Assembly (NCBI GenBank): GCA_042584825.1
Contig: JBHOSK010000002.1
Coordinates: 1 to 60,757, forward strand
Reading direction: 5' to 3'
Origin: Candidatus Aenigmatarchaeota archaeon
Lineage (GTDB): Archaea; Aenigmatarchaeota; Aenigmatarchaeia; GW2011-AR5
DNA length: 60,757 nt
The first letter of the stretch is position 1. Every line of letters starts with the position of its first letter. The notes under the pieces are model-generated. The model was given only the letters and a program-made list of their open reading frames with translations. It had not been told where the DNA came from and did no database searches. Shown here piece after piece: positions 18,780 through 28,187 of the stretch. The position numbers and the translations under genes were made by a program.

Positions 18780-20423
18780 TTATGGTCCTTTATGATACGT
18801 TACATTAAGAGCAGGACGCATTGATATGTTAGTGTTATCTTCTGAACCCGGTCTTGCACCTCCGGTATAAGTTTCATCACAGTTGAATCCAATACTAAAC
18901 CAGGCAGTATCTAATTGATTTTCAAGATCTTGAGTTGCTGTTAAACCCAAATCTATATAATAATATTCAATACTATCTGGGAATGGAATTTCACTTACAT
19001 AAAGTGTTCCATTACCTGTGAGATTGAAAAGCATTTCCAACTCCTCTGGTGTGCTTGTGAGTGTGCTTCCCATTGTCGTAAGATGTCTTATGTCAATTTC
19101 ATTTTCACCATATAGCGACCCTTCTCCTTTATTAAGAATTAGATAAACATTATCAATTTTTGCATCCAATGGTATTGTGTCTGTATTAAAATCTATATAA
19201 GACCTTCTATAATCATATCCACCTGAAATAGCATATCTTGATATATAAAGGATATTATAATTTCCGTGAGAAAATGTAAACTCTCCAAAACTCTCGACCT
19301 TTCTTGCAGTACCGTCTGCTATTATTTCATCGGTTACATCATTGTTTGTCAAAGTTTTTGTCGCATAAACAGTTACATATTGCGGACTTGTGGGTGTTCC
19401 GGCTCCAAGAGCACTGTTGTAAAATTCATCTGTTGCGTTTATGTAGTATTCGAGTCCGACATATGTTATGCTTCCTCCAGGTATTGTTACTCTAAATTCA
19501 TCCCCACTTGAAAATACCATATTTTCTACAGTATAACTTGGTTGTCCGGGGATTCTGTAATAAAGATCTACAACAAAATTATTTTCATCTGTTGTGTTTA
19601 CAGCGATTATGAGAGGTTCTCCTTCATATCCTTCTGTGACAAAATCACCTGTTATGGATGGTGGTGATGAATCTCCGCTACCACCAGATACAGTGAACAC
19701 GTAATTGCTCGGATACCAACCATCTTCGGTTATGGCATCATTATCAATACCTTTACAATTCCATTCCCACAACCCGTCTGATATACCTAAAACAGTGTGT
19801 TCAAGTATTTCTACTTGATTGGTGTTTGGTGCATCGTATATAAATTCTAAATGCCATCCTCCAACGGTTGTCCACAATTCAATGAAATCTATTGTATTTT
19901 CTCCATCGGCCGTTGCTGTACATTGAAAATATACGTCTTCTGATGGGGGGCTGGTACCGTCACCGGGTTGATCTAGACTTATAATTGGTGCTGTTGCTGG
20001 TGGTGGTGAAGGTATACCACCACTAATATCAACATACATTTTTAGTGTATCCTTTGCATAGCTAGATGTTGTTACTCTAAAAGTATGTTCACCGCTTTCA
20101 AAAGCAGAAAGATCGACATATATAGGGTTTACAGTTCCTTCTGGAATAGGGTCTCCAGTAATATCAACAGATATATCATCAACATATACCTTAAAATCAG
20201 TAAGTTCACCCAAACCACAATTTCTTATGTATATTGTTTCGTCGGCTACTGATTCTATTCTCATGCATCCCGATGCTTTTGTAGTTTCTCTCTCTACAGC
20301 ACTTGTCGCAGCTTCACCCGACGTTTCGACCACATCTTGAAATATAGTAAACGAGAAGCCGACAACTGTTATGACTATGACCAATAGTAAAATAATGGCT
20401 ATTATCGGTGTTATACCTTTCAT
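18780..20423 (-). CDS. archaeal type IV pilin-like surface protein with large extracellular region
   Basis: Class III signal peptide MKGITPIIAIILLLVIVITVV. The N-terminal 130 aa are homologous to ORFs 39154 and 40139. C-terminal module (YIDFNTDTIPLDAKIDNVYLIL...AWFSIGF...RPALNVTYH) is shared with them. Confidence 0.7.
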   Translation of the reverse strand: MKGITPIIAIILLLVIVITVVGFSFTIFQDVVETSGEAATSAVERETTKASGCMRIESVADETIYIRNCGLGELTDFKVYVDDISVDITGDPIPEGTVNPIYVDLSAFESGEHTFRVTTSSYAKDTLKMYVDISGGIPSPPPATAPIISLDQPGDGTSPPSEDVYFQCTATADGENTIDFIELWTTVGGWHLEFIYDAPNTNQVEILEHTVLGISDGLWEWNCKGIDNDAITEDGWYPSNYVFTVSGGSGDSSPPSITGDFVTEGYEGEPLIIAVNTTDENNFVVDLYYRIPGQPSYTVENMVFSSGDEFRVTIPGGSITYVGLEYYINATDEFYNSALGAGTPTSPQYVTVYATKTLTNNDVTDEIIADGTARKVESFGEFTFSHGNYNILYISRYAISGGYDYRRSYIDFNTDTIPLDAKIDNVYLILNKGEGSLYGENEIDIRHLTTMGSTLTSTPEELEMLFNLTGNGTLYVSEIPFPDSIEYYYIDLGLTATQDLENQLDTAWFSIGFNCDETYTGGARPGSEDNTNISMRPALNVTYHKGP

Positions 20424-20475
20424 AATAATAAGATTTGTTTTAATTAATATAAAATATTAAAGAACCCCTAGGATT

Positions 20476-20859
20476 CTATATGTTATCTTTTAAAAATTTT
20501 CTAATACCTTCAACGTCTTTGGTATTTTTGTTGTAATGAAATACAGACATTCCAATTGATTCAGCAGCTTTTACAGCATCTTCATTATGCTCGAAATAAA
20601 CCACGTCATCAATAGTTAAAGAAAAATGCTCGAATAGCCTTTTGAAATATTCTGGATCAGTCTTATCGGGATTGTGTGATAGACTAAAAACCTCATAAGG
20701 CATGTCTATAATACCAAGTTTGATTTTTTCCTCTTCGTTAGCATTTGTAACAATTATTTTTCTGTTCTCAAATTCATCTAGCATTTCTTTCATTTCTTTG
20801 TTAATACCTTCTTCAATAACGAAAGTATTCCAAGCATCAACCAAGATTGTTTTTGTCAT
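20476..20859 (-). CDS. small HAD-like hydrolase
   Basis: N-terminal ILVDAWNTF (degenerate DxDxT) and a C-terminal acidic motif region. Weak call. Confidence 0.4.
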   Translation of the reverse strand: MTKTILVDAWNTFVIEEGINKEMKEMLDEFENRKIIVTNANEEEKIKLGIIDMPYEVFSLSHNPDKTDPEYFKRLFEHFSLTIDDVVYFEHNEDAVKAAESIGMSVFHYNKNTKDVEGIRKFLKDNI

Positions 20860-20922
20860 ATTTTAATGTTAACATGAAGACTTATAAAATTTATTTATGA
20901 TAGATCCAATTAGGTTATAATC

Positions 20923-21672
20923 ATGAGTAAATTAAATATTTGTATATTATCGGCAGGCGAAGGAAAAAGATTAATGGAAGTAACAGATGGAAAAATCCCA
21001 AAAATATTGGTTCCGTTGAAAAATCAAACGGTTCTTGGAAGATTGATTGAGGATCTAGTAAGTTATAATCATAAACCAGTTGTTTCTATATACATGCAAC
21101 ACAGACATAGCGACATGATAAAGCGAGTGGAAAAATATATGGAGACTCACTTTCCAGAAATAGAATTTCATATATGTAAAATTTCTACTGAAAATCCGGG
21201 TGAGGCGTTTAAAATTATAGCTTCTGATAATGAAAATAAACACGGTATATTCTATGTAAATTCAGATATAGTATTATCTTTCGGAGTATTCGGTCATATA
21301 GTTAATTATATAATTGAAAAAGATTATGGTTTGGATTTGCTGATCGGGACTTCAAAAGAGGCTCTTAATTCATCAAACGTGAAAGTTATAGTGAATAAGG
21401 AGCACAAAATTACTAGATTATTAAAAAATGAAAACAATCCACAATTAGATGACGATGAAGAAATACATGGATATGCTGGCGTGTCTTACTTATCTTCAAT
21501 CTCTCTTAAAAAAATTAAGCAAATTCCAAATAATTATACATCACCTTCTCTTATCTTATCAAAATTGGCATCGCTCGTAAAAAACTCAGATATTTTTGAG
21601 CACAACTGGTCTGTTAACATTAACACAAAAAAGGATTATGTACGTGTACTTGAACTAATTGATAAAGAATAG
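20923..21672 (+). CDS. sugar-phosphate/choline-phosphate nucleotidyltransferase-like protein
   Basis: N-terminal ILSAGEGKRL nucleotide-binding loop (GxGxRL). Confidence 0.6.
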   Translation: MSKLNICILSAGEGKRLMEVTDGKIPKILVPLKNQTVLGRLIEDLVSYNHKPVVSIYMQHRHSDMIKRVEKYMETHFPEIEFHICKISTENPGEAFKIIASDNENKHGIFYVNSDIVLSFGVFGHIVNYIIEKDYGLDLLIGTSKEALNSSNVKVIVNKEHKITRLLKNENNPQLDDDEEIHGYAGVSYLSSISLKKIKQIPNNYTSPSLILSKLASLVKNSDIFEHNWSVNINTKKDYVRVLELIDKE

Positions 21673-21699
21673 ACCTAGATATGAACTTATTGATTTGTT

Positions 21700-22644
21700 T
21701 TATAAAATTATAGAAACCAAACATATAGTGATCATATATTGATATATACGATTTAAAAAACCACTATCTGAAAGGCTTCTTGAAATTATTGATGGTGGAT
21801 TCACTGGATTAAGTAAAAACTCGTTTGGGGTTCTTGCTTTATTAGAAAACCTAACTTCATCTATAGTCCCATTAAAAGCATAACCAGTTAATCCAGCCCC
21901 GGTGTTAGAATTTGCGCCTATCCAACCTATAGTACTTATTAATCCTATACCACCACCATAGATAACTGATGCGTTTAATTCACCATCAATATACAAATTC
22001 ATGATTCCGGTTTCATTATTATATGTTCCTGCAACATGATACCATTGATTTGGTTGCATTGGTGAAGTTGATTCAAGATTATAGTATTGTGATGAAAAAT
22101 CATTTATAATAGTCCACTGAATTAATCCTTTATGAGTAATAGACATTTCTATGTGTCTATCCCACGATGATGACCTGCCAACTATATATCTATACCACGA
22201 TGATCCATCAGCTTTTGTATATCTATATTGTGTTGGTGCTCCGCTAAATGCTATACTAAATATTTGACTCTTAACTTCACCCACTGTTTTGTTTGGATAA
22301 ATCCAAGCTTCAAACGAGAAATTGACTGGGGCAAATGCGATATGATTTGGTAATGATACGTTGCCCATGTTCTCTGTTCCTACACCAGATAATTGTAGTG
22401 CATGTGTTCCTACTTTTACGTTATCTGTAACATATCCATAACTTCCCACGGCAGTTCCATGGAATCCATTACTACTTGAGTCTGTTGCATCACCATCAAA
22501 GTGATATAGTGCTATTGTCCATTCATCATCTATTAGTTGTGTTGCTACATATGATGTATGAACTGGTACAGATAAAATTACAACTAATATATATACAAAT
22601 ATTCCCACTAGCAGTAACTTTCTATAACCCAACCTTATCACCAA
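21700..22644 (-). CDS. membrane-anchored LamG (concanavalin A-like lectin) domain protein
   Basis: N-terminal TM helix. LamG_3-like pattern LYHFDGDATDSSSNGFHGT...FSFEAWIYPN...WYHVAGTYNNETGIMNLYIDGE...GTIDEVRFSN. Confidence 0.7.
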   Translation of the reverse strand: MVIRLGYRKLLLVGIFVYILVVILSVPVHTSYVATQLIDDEWTIALYHFDGDATDSSSNGFHGTAVGSYGYVTDNVKVGTHALQLSGVGTENMGNVSLPNHIAFAPVNFSFEAWIYPNKTVGEVKSQIFSIAFSGAPTQYRYTKADGSSWYRYIVGRSSSWDRHIEMSITHKGLIQWTIINDFSSQYYNLESTSPMQPNQWYHVAGTYNNETGIMNLYIDGELNASVIYGGGIGLISTIGWIGANSNTGAGLTGYAFNGTIDEVRFSNKARTPNEFLLNPVNPPSIISRSLSDSGFLNRIYQYMITICLVSIIL

Positions 22645-22713
22645 ATGCTTTATTATTGATATAAATTAAGTCGATGTTCTTATTAAAGATTCTTAGTTAT
22701 CCCAGAGGTTAGT

Positions 22714-22753
22714 GAGCCCCGGTAGGATAACTGGCAAGATTTCAAGTCCCTAA
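22714..22753 (-). repeat. degenerate copy of tRNA-Thr 3'-end core plus 27-nt arm (copy F)
   Basis: gAGCCCCGGTAGG... has 2 mismatches to the 13-nt core. 35/40 identical to copy D at 28115-28154. Overlaps the stop codon of the HD gene. Confidence 0.7.
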
Positions 22754-23385
22754 ATTTTTCCAGACCATTCTGATTTTAATCTTTCTAAAAATTCAACCAT
22801 GAAATCATGTCTTTCTTGAGCTAAATTTCTGGCAAATTCTGTATTCATCGTATCTTTAAGATTGAGTAGTTTTGTGTAGAAATGTCTGATAGCAGATGTG
22901 AGTTGACCTACATGATAATCTTCTGGTAGTTTCTTCATATCATCTGGAGTGCCGAATGGTTCGTTAAGCTTTGCAGATACATAGAAGCATCTACCAATTC
23001 CTATTGCCCCTAACCCATCCAATCTATCAGCATCTTGAAGAATTTGACATTCTTTTGAAAGTTTTGTTTTTTTCTTTACAAAATCGTAATCTTCATGATG
23101 GTGTATTATCTCAATAACTTTCTCAACCTTATCTTTTGGAAAATTCAATGCTTCTAAATCTTTTCTTATTTCTTCCATTGCTTCCTCACTAACATGATAT
23201 TCTCTTCCCTTGAATGCACACCAGTCATGCATATAACAAGAAGCAGTGATAATTAATTTATCTCCTCCTTCGTGTTCATGAATTTCTCCTGCTAAATTAG
23301 CAACCCTTACTGCATGTTCATATCCATGTGCATCATCATTTTGAGCTAATCTTGTTTTCGCTAATTCTTGAATTTTGTTAATCAT
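22750..23385 (-). CDS. HD-domain metal-dependent phosphohydrolase
   Basis: HGYEHAVRV ... CYMHDW ... HHHED pattern of the HD superfamily. Confidence 0.8.
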   Translation of the reverse strand: MINKIQELAKTRLAQNDDAHGYEHAVRVANLAGEIHEHEGGDKLIITASCYMHDWCAFKGREYHVSEEAMEEIRKDLEALNFPKDKVEKVIEIIHHHEDYDFVKKKTKLSKECQILQDADRLDGLGAIGIGRCFYVSAKLNEPFGTPDDMKKLPEDYHVGQLTSAIRHFYTKLLNLKDTMNTEFARNLAQERHDFMVEFLERLKSEWSGKI

Positions 23386-23427
23386 ATAATAGAAAATTTC
23401 ACTGTAACGCTTAAAAAAATAAAATTT

Positions 23428-23474
23428 AGCCCCGGGAGGGCAGAATGTAACTACTTCGTAATCCCACGTCCTTG
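23428..23474 (-). repeat. tRNA-Thr 3'-end core plus 34-nt arm (copy A)
   Basis: AGCCCCGGGAGGGCAGAATGTAACTACTTCGTAATCCCACGTCCTTG is identical over 47 nt to copy B. Confidence 0.9.
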
Positions 23475-23765
23475 AATATATTGGGATGATAAGTAGTATT
23501 AACTAATTGGTGATGAAAATTTTATATCTTTAAGTAATACGGGATGTATAATTATATTATAAGGCTGGTAATACGGAATCACGGTTTCTAAAAGTGATGA
23601 TTTCATAAACAGATACAATGCAACGATTTTGCTGGAAAAGACATTTCAAATTTGGTGTGTACGATATTTTAGAGATTTATAGATAATTTGTAAAAGTTTT
23701 TAAATTTCCGAAATTCAGATGTCGGAATTGTGTTATCCTTATTAAAAAATATAGATGTGATAAAT

Positions 23766-23873
23766 ATGAGAAAATGTATAGCGTGCGATGAATCTTTTGG
23801 ATTTCATAGAAACTACAGTGGCAAATGCATTAGTTGCTTGGATACTGAAATGAAAGATAGAATAGAATTATAG
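23766..23873 (+). CDS. possible 35-aa zinc-ribbon peptide
   Basis: MRKCIACDESFGFHRNYSGKCISCLDTEMKDRIEL has two CxxC pairs. It is the only plausible ORF between repeat copies A and B. Confidence 0.3.
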   Translation: MRKCIACDESFGFHRNYSGKCISCLDTEMKDRIEL

Positions 23874-23930
23874 ATGTAGAAAAATAAATGAATAGAAAAA
23901 AAGATAAAGGGGTGTGAAACTTTTTTACAT

Positions 23931-23977
23931 AGCCCCGGGAGGGCAGAATGTAACTACTTCGTAATCCCACGTCCTTG
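23931..23977 (-). repeat. tRNA-Thr 3'-end core plus 34-nt arm (copy B)
   Basis: 47/47 identical to copy A. Confidence 0.9.
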
Positions 23978-24076
23978 TGATATATATGTCTAAGATTCCA
24001 TTTAAGAATAAAATAACTAAAGGCAATAACTTTTAATTAAGCTCTATTGCAACTTCAGTTTTATCTAAACTTGATT

Positions 24077-24385
24077 CTATTTCCTCAAAATACCCAGTTG
24101 ATAGCTCAAATGTTTTAGTGAGTCGGTTATTTTGGGTTTGAAAACTATAATACCCCAACTTGTAGTTATTCCTCCAGTAATTATACCACCTAAAGCCAAA
24201 TCCGTAAGCCAATTTGCATTGATAAGGAATAACTCACCATACCAGAGATGGTCTATTGCTCCGAAAAGTGCACCACCGAGAAGCATTATATTCAGCCAAA
24301 ATCCATGGAGATTTTTCTTATGAGATACTTTTCTTCCGATAAAACCAACCATTGTTGCTATCAAAGGAATAATCCAGCAAACCAT
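24077..24385 (-). CDS. small integral membrane protein (3 TM)
   Basis: Hydrophobic 102-aa ORF. No family recognised. Confidence 0.45.
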   Translation of the reverse strand: MVCWIIPLIATMVGFIGRKVSHKKNLHGFWLNIMLLGGALFGAIDHLWYGELFLINANWLTDLALGGIITGGITTSWGIIVFKPKITDSLKHLSYQLGILRK

Positions 24386-24514
24386 ATATAATTGTATATC
24401 ACAACTGTATAAAATATTAAATTTTAATAGGCTTAAAATATGAAAAAATAAATAATGGTACCTTTAAATAGATTATGAATATATATTCATTATTAATAAT
24501 TAGAGGTGGAAAAT

Positions 24515-24646
24515 ATGCCAAGAAGAGATAGAACAGGACCAGAAGGTAAAGGACCAAAAACTGGACGACAGTTGGGAAAATGTGAAGGAACAGAACCAAT
24601 TGGAAGAGGCTTTGGTAGAAGATTTAATCGACAAAAAGAGGATTAA
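24515..24646 (+). CDS. DUF5320-like small basic protein
   Basis: MPRRDRTGPEGKGPKTGRQLGKCEG... matches the remembered DUF5320 N-terminus. GGTGGA lies upstream. Sits 2 nt before the DUF134 gene, a pairing remembered from other genomes. Confidence 0.55.
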   Translation: MPRRDRTGPEGKGPKTGRQLGKCEGTEPIGRGFGRRFNRQKED

Positions 24647-24648
24647 AA

Positions 24649-24963
24649 ATGCCAAGACCAAGACAGTTTCGTAGAGTGAAAGCAATACCAGGCGTTACAT
24701 ATTTCAAACCTGCTGGAGTTAGGATGATTGACTTAGAAGAATCTATCGTAACAGTAGATGAATTTGAGGCTTTACGTTTGAAAGATATGATGGGTCTTGA
24801 ACAGGAAGAAGCAGCAAAGAAAATGAACATATCACAACCCACATTTCATCGTTTGGTTTTGTCTGCCAGAAAAAAGATAGCTGATGCAATTGTGAATGGT
24901 AAAGCAATAAGGATAGAAGGTGGCAATTACATGTTACGAGGACGTTTTGGAAAAGGTAAATGA
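24649..24963 (+). CDS. DUF134 (UPF0251) predicted DNA-binding protein
   Basis: MPRPRQFRRV...YFKPAG...EALRL.D..GL.QEEAA.KM.ISQPTF.R is the characteristic DUF134 pattern. Confidence 0.75.
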   Translation: MPRPRQFRRVKAIPGVTYFKPAGVRMIDLEESIVTVDEFEALRLKDMMGLEQEEAAKKMNISQPTFHRLVLSARKKIADAIVNGKAIRIEGGNYMLRGRFGKGK

Positions 24964-24972
24964 ATCGAGTAT

Positions 24973-24985
24973 AGCCCCGGGAGGG
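24973..24985 (-). repeat. tRNA-Thr 3'-end 13-nt core (copy C)
   Basis: Exact AGCCCCGGGAGGG, 10 nt after the DUF134 stop. Confidence 0.8.
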
Positions 24986-25130
24986 TTGGAGAACATTGGT
25001 TTGAATTGTACTATAGATATATTGGTCAGAGGAATATAAGAGGGTTGTTATTATCTAAATTCTTTCAGCCTCTCGAAAAAAACCTTTTCCAGGGTTTTGT
25101 AACTTATTTTGACATTTAACCATCATATAA

Positions 25131-26237
25131 CTATAATGAGCCAAAAATTAATCCGGCAATTGTAGAGTAGATTACAACCAAAATTATATAAACTAAAGTT
25201 TTCTTTGTTCCCATTATACCCTTTACTACCAGCATATTAGGCAAACTAAGACTTGGTCCTGCCAAAAGTAATGCAAGAGCAGGACCGTTTGACATACCTT
25301 TGGCCATTAGTGCCTGTAGTATTGGTACTTCTGTCAGGGTGGAAAAGTACATGAACGCTCCAAACACAGAAGCCACAAGGTTCCCAAAAAGTGTGTTTTG
25401 TCCAACAACACTTTCTATTATTTCTTGTGGTAGTATGGGTATTATAAAACCTGCAATGAAAACTCCTATGAACAAATACGGGATCAATAGTTTTGAGAAT
25501 TTCCACGTCTCACTTAACCATTCTTTTGTATCATTTTTCTGGAATTTGAATATGACGATTAAAATTGCTGATATAATAAAAATAGTTATAATTACATATT
25601 TCGTAATTGTATTTATCTGCAAACCATTCACAACAATGACCATAACCATTGAGAAAAAGAAAATAAGAAGTGTTGTTTTGTTTATTGACGGTTTTTTATT
25701 ATTTTGAAAAAATAATTTTTTTGTTCCGATTTTTTCTCTGAATATCAATTCCATTGATAAACCGACAATTATTGATAATATGATAGCAAATATTATTCTC
25801 GCAAATCCAATATCGAATCCCAGTACACTAAATGTAAGGAAAATCGCGGCAATGTTGATAGCAGGACCCGAAAACAGAAATGTTACAGCAGGCCCCAAAC
25901 CCGCACCACCTTTTCTTATTCCCGCGAACAATGGTAGTATTGTGCATGAACATACTGCAAGAACAGCTCCAGAAACAGAAGCTATTGAATATGAAATATA
26001 TTTTTTGCTTTCTGGTCCGAGATACTTTAAAACAGTTTCTTTTCTTATAAAAACTATTATTGCTCCTGCAATGAAAAAGGCTGGCAATAAACATGTAAGA
26101 AAATGTTCTGTTGCATATTCATGAAGTAAAGAAACCCCGTTTAATATGGCACCATTAAATATGCTATTATCTATTGGCATGAAAAAGAAAATTAGAAAAA
26201 TTAACACAATTAATAGTAATGAGTTTCTTTCTTTCAT
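25131..26237 (-). CDS. polytopic permease (COG0701 / ArsP-like family)
   Basis: About 10 TM helices and a CSC motif (LAVCSCTILPLFAGI). Typical neighbours: small thioredoxin, CcdA and ArsR. Confidence 0.65.
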   Translation of the reverse strand: MKERNSLLLIVLIFLIFFFMPIDNSIFNGAILNGVSLLHEYATEHFLTCLLPAFFIAGAIIVFIRKETVLKYLGPESKKYISYSIASVSGAVLAVCSCTILPLFAGIRKGGAGLGPAVTFLFSGPAINIAAIFLTFSVLGFDIGFARIIFAIILSIIVGLSMELIFREKIGTKKLFFQNNKKPSINKTTLLIFFFSMVMVIVVNGLQINTITKYVIITIFIISAILIVIFKFQKNDTKEWLSETWKFSKLLIPYLFIGVFIAGFIIPILPQEIIESVVGQNTLFGNLVASVFGAFMYFSTLTEVPILQALMAKGMSNGPALALLLAGPSLSLPNMLVVKGIMGTKKTLVYIILVVIYSTIAGLIFGSL

Positions 26238-26239
26238 GA

Positions 26240-26479
26240 TTATTTCTCCTTTTCTTTTATGATCTTCAACAATTCTTCATCACTCGGCATGCCGACATAG
26301 ACAGGCTTTCCGTCTATTAATATGGCGGGGCTTCCCATTATTCCTCTCTTCACGAGTTCAGCTACGTCTTTTTTGTATTCGATCTTCGCATCTATTTTTC
26401 CCTCTTCTTTGAGTTTCTTTACTTTATTGTAAAGTGCCTCGCATTTTGGGCATCCAGAGCCGATAATTGTTATTTGCAT
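26240..26479 (-). CDS. small thioredoxin-fold redox-active disulfide protein
   Basis: 79 aa, with the CxxC GSGCPKCEAL near the N-terminus. Confidence 0.75.
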   Translation of the reverse strand: MQITIIGSGCPKCEALYNKVKKLKEEGKIDAKIEYKKDVAELVKRGIMGSPAILIDGKPVYVGMPSDEELLKIIKEKEK

Positions 26480-26491
26480 TTATATGTCACC

Positions 26492-27199
26492 TCATATGAT
26501 CAATACGCTTAAACAATATATTCCCACGATTATGAACACAAGTGATACAATCCTTCTTGTCCACTTGTCTATTACATTAACCTTATTCATAGTAGATCCG
26601 AGTCTTGAAACACCAAAACCAAGTATTAGTGAAAATATAATTACGGGTATTCCAGTTGCAAAAGCAAATATTGATGGAAGTATCAATGCGTCACTCATAA
26701 TAACTGCAAGTGGGATAAGCATCCCAAAAAAAAGGACCGCACTAAATGGACAGAAAGCAAGGGCGAATAAAGCCCCAAGAACAAATGATCCAACGACCCC
26801 TTTATTTACCAACGATTCCTTCAACCTGCTTACTCCTTTGATGTTGAACGACGGGAACCTTATTTTTCCACTGAGTAAAACTCCTATGATTATCAACAAA
26901 GGCCCCAGGAAAAATTCACCACCACCCCGAAGAACTATTGAAATTGATTGTGTGCTTATTCCTATCCACACAATGGCAGCTGCTATCCCGACATATGTAA
27001 ACATTCTTCCTAATGTATATGCAAGACCGAAAAACAACGTCTTTCTGTTATCACCCGCTTTTCTTGAGACAGCAGCAATTGCCGTGATGTTTGTTGCCAT
27101 GGGACATGGGCTCATCGCCATCATAATACCAATGAAAAATGCCGCTAATGGTACAATCTCACTTGTTCCCATTACCTCCACGAATGCCATTATGTCCAT
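26492..27199 (-). CDS. CcdA/DsbD-family transmembrane thiol-disulfide electron transporter
   Basis: 6 TM helices with Cys-Pro in TM1 (MSPCPMA) and a second conserved Cys (AFCPFS). The fully overlapping plus-strand ORF was rejected. Confidence 0.7.
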   Translation of the reverse strand: MDIMAFVEVMGTSEIVPLAAFFIGIMMAMSPCPMATNITAIAAVSRKAGDNRKTLFFGLAYTLGRMFTYVGIAAAIVWIGISTQSISIVLRGGGEFFLGPLLIIIGVLLSGKIRFPSFNIKGVSRLKESLVNKGVVGSFVLGALFALAFCPFSAVLFFGMLIPLAVIMSDALILPSIFAFATGIPVIIFSLILGFGVSRLGSTMNKVNVIDKWTRRIVSLVFIIVGIYCLSVLII

Positions 27200-27203
27200 T
27201 TAA

Positions 27204-27680
27204 TCAACCTTTTAGCTTCTTCTCTATTACACCTTTGATATATTCCTTGCACTTTTTCATATCGCTTGTCTTGTACCAAACATTGATATTATGCTCTTTT
27301 GAAAAACTACCATCCTTAAGGTAAACCCCAATCCATAGAGAAGATCCTATTGTGCCGTACTGTTGAACAATATCTACGTTCTCAGGCAAGTCACTGTTAA
27401 TATGATCGAACATTACGAGACCAGATTTCTGCTCATCTTGGAAATATTCGTTTACAGCACTTTCTGCGCATTTACCTACATTGATGCAGCCTTGGCATTG
27501 ATTGTTCCCGTGAAAATGGAATACTTCAATTTTTTCAACATTTTTTGAATACGGAATATCTTTTCTAATGATCAAAGTATTATCAGCTGAATTAATGTTT
27601 GTATTACTTTCTTCCTGATTCACACACCCCAAAGAAATAAGAATTGTCATTAAAAGGAAAATGATAATTATTCTTTTCAT
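27204..27680 (-). CDS. secreted CxxC lipoprotein
   Basis: Signal peptide plus lipobox (LISLGC) and HGNNQCQGC motif. ATG 27680 overlaps the ArsR stop (ATGA). Confidence 0.5.
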   Translation of the reverse strand: MKRIIIIFLLMTILISLGCVNQEESNTNINSADNTLIIRKDIPYSKNVEKIEVFHFHGNNQCQGCINVGKCAESAVNEYFQDEQKSGLVMFDHINSDLPENVDIVQQYGTIGSSLWIGVYLKDGSFSKEHNINVWYKTSDMKKCKEYIKGVIEKKLKG

Positions 27681-27985
27681 TTTCTTCCCTCCATACAACA
27701 ACTCTTTTTCAAAATCTTCCCTTTTGAGATACCCAGCGCTTTAAAAATATCATAAACTTTATGATTATTTATTCTGTAGAACACTTTTTTTCCTTCTCTC
27801 CTAGAAGTAAGAATTTCTGAGCTGACGAGCTTACTTAACTGAATAGATACAGTTGATTGTGTCCTTTTCACATGAGGGAATATCTCGCATACACATTTTT
27901 CTCCACCAAGAAGAAAATACACTATTTTATATCTTGTATCGTCTGATAAAGCTTTCAATAAAATCAGATCTTTTTTTCTATACAT
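27677..27985 (-). CDS. ArsR/SmtB-family metalloregulator
   Basis: wHTH with a CVC metal site (GGEKCVCEIFPHV...TVSIQLSKL). Confidence 0.85.
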   Translation of the reverse strand: MYRKKDLILLKALSDDTRYKIVYFLLGGEKCVCEIFPHVKRTQSTVSIQLSKLVSSEILTSRREGKKVFYRINNHKVYDIFKALGISKGKILKKSCCMEGRK

Positions 27986-28114
27986 AAAAACCTATTTACA
28001 TATTGATACATGTCAATGTATAAAGTTATCGCTTACCCGTTTTATGAAAAAAATAATTGTTTATCAGAATTTTTAGAAATAATTACAAAAGAAATTTTTG
28101 AATATTTTGTTCTT

Positions 28115-28154
28115 GAGCCCCGGGAGGGTAGTTGACAAGATTTCAAGTCCCTAA
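28115..28154 (-). repeat. tRNA-Thr 3'-end core plus 27-nt arm (copy D)
   Basis: Exact 13-nt core. The arm ...CAAGATTTCAAGTCCCTAA is shared with copy F. Confidence 0.85.
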
Positions 28155-28187
28155 TATCTAATAGATTTTAATACTTTTTCAAGTTAA

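Noticed and set aside
24417-24842. Three 60-72-aa minus-strand ORFs
   Set aside because: They overlap the DUF5320/DUF134 genes or AT-rich intergenic DNA. Their translations are low-complexity Phe/Leu/Ser-rich.
26484-27203. 239-aa plus-strand ORF mirroring the minus-strand ORF 26492-27199
   Set aside because: The minus-strand frame gives a coherent 6-TM CcdA/DsbD-like protein with conserved Cys-Pro and fits the surrounding minus-strand operon. The plus-strand product is low-complexity and has no context.
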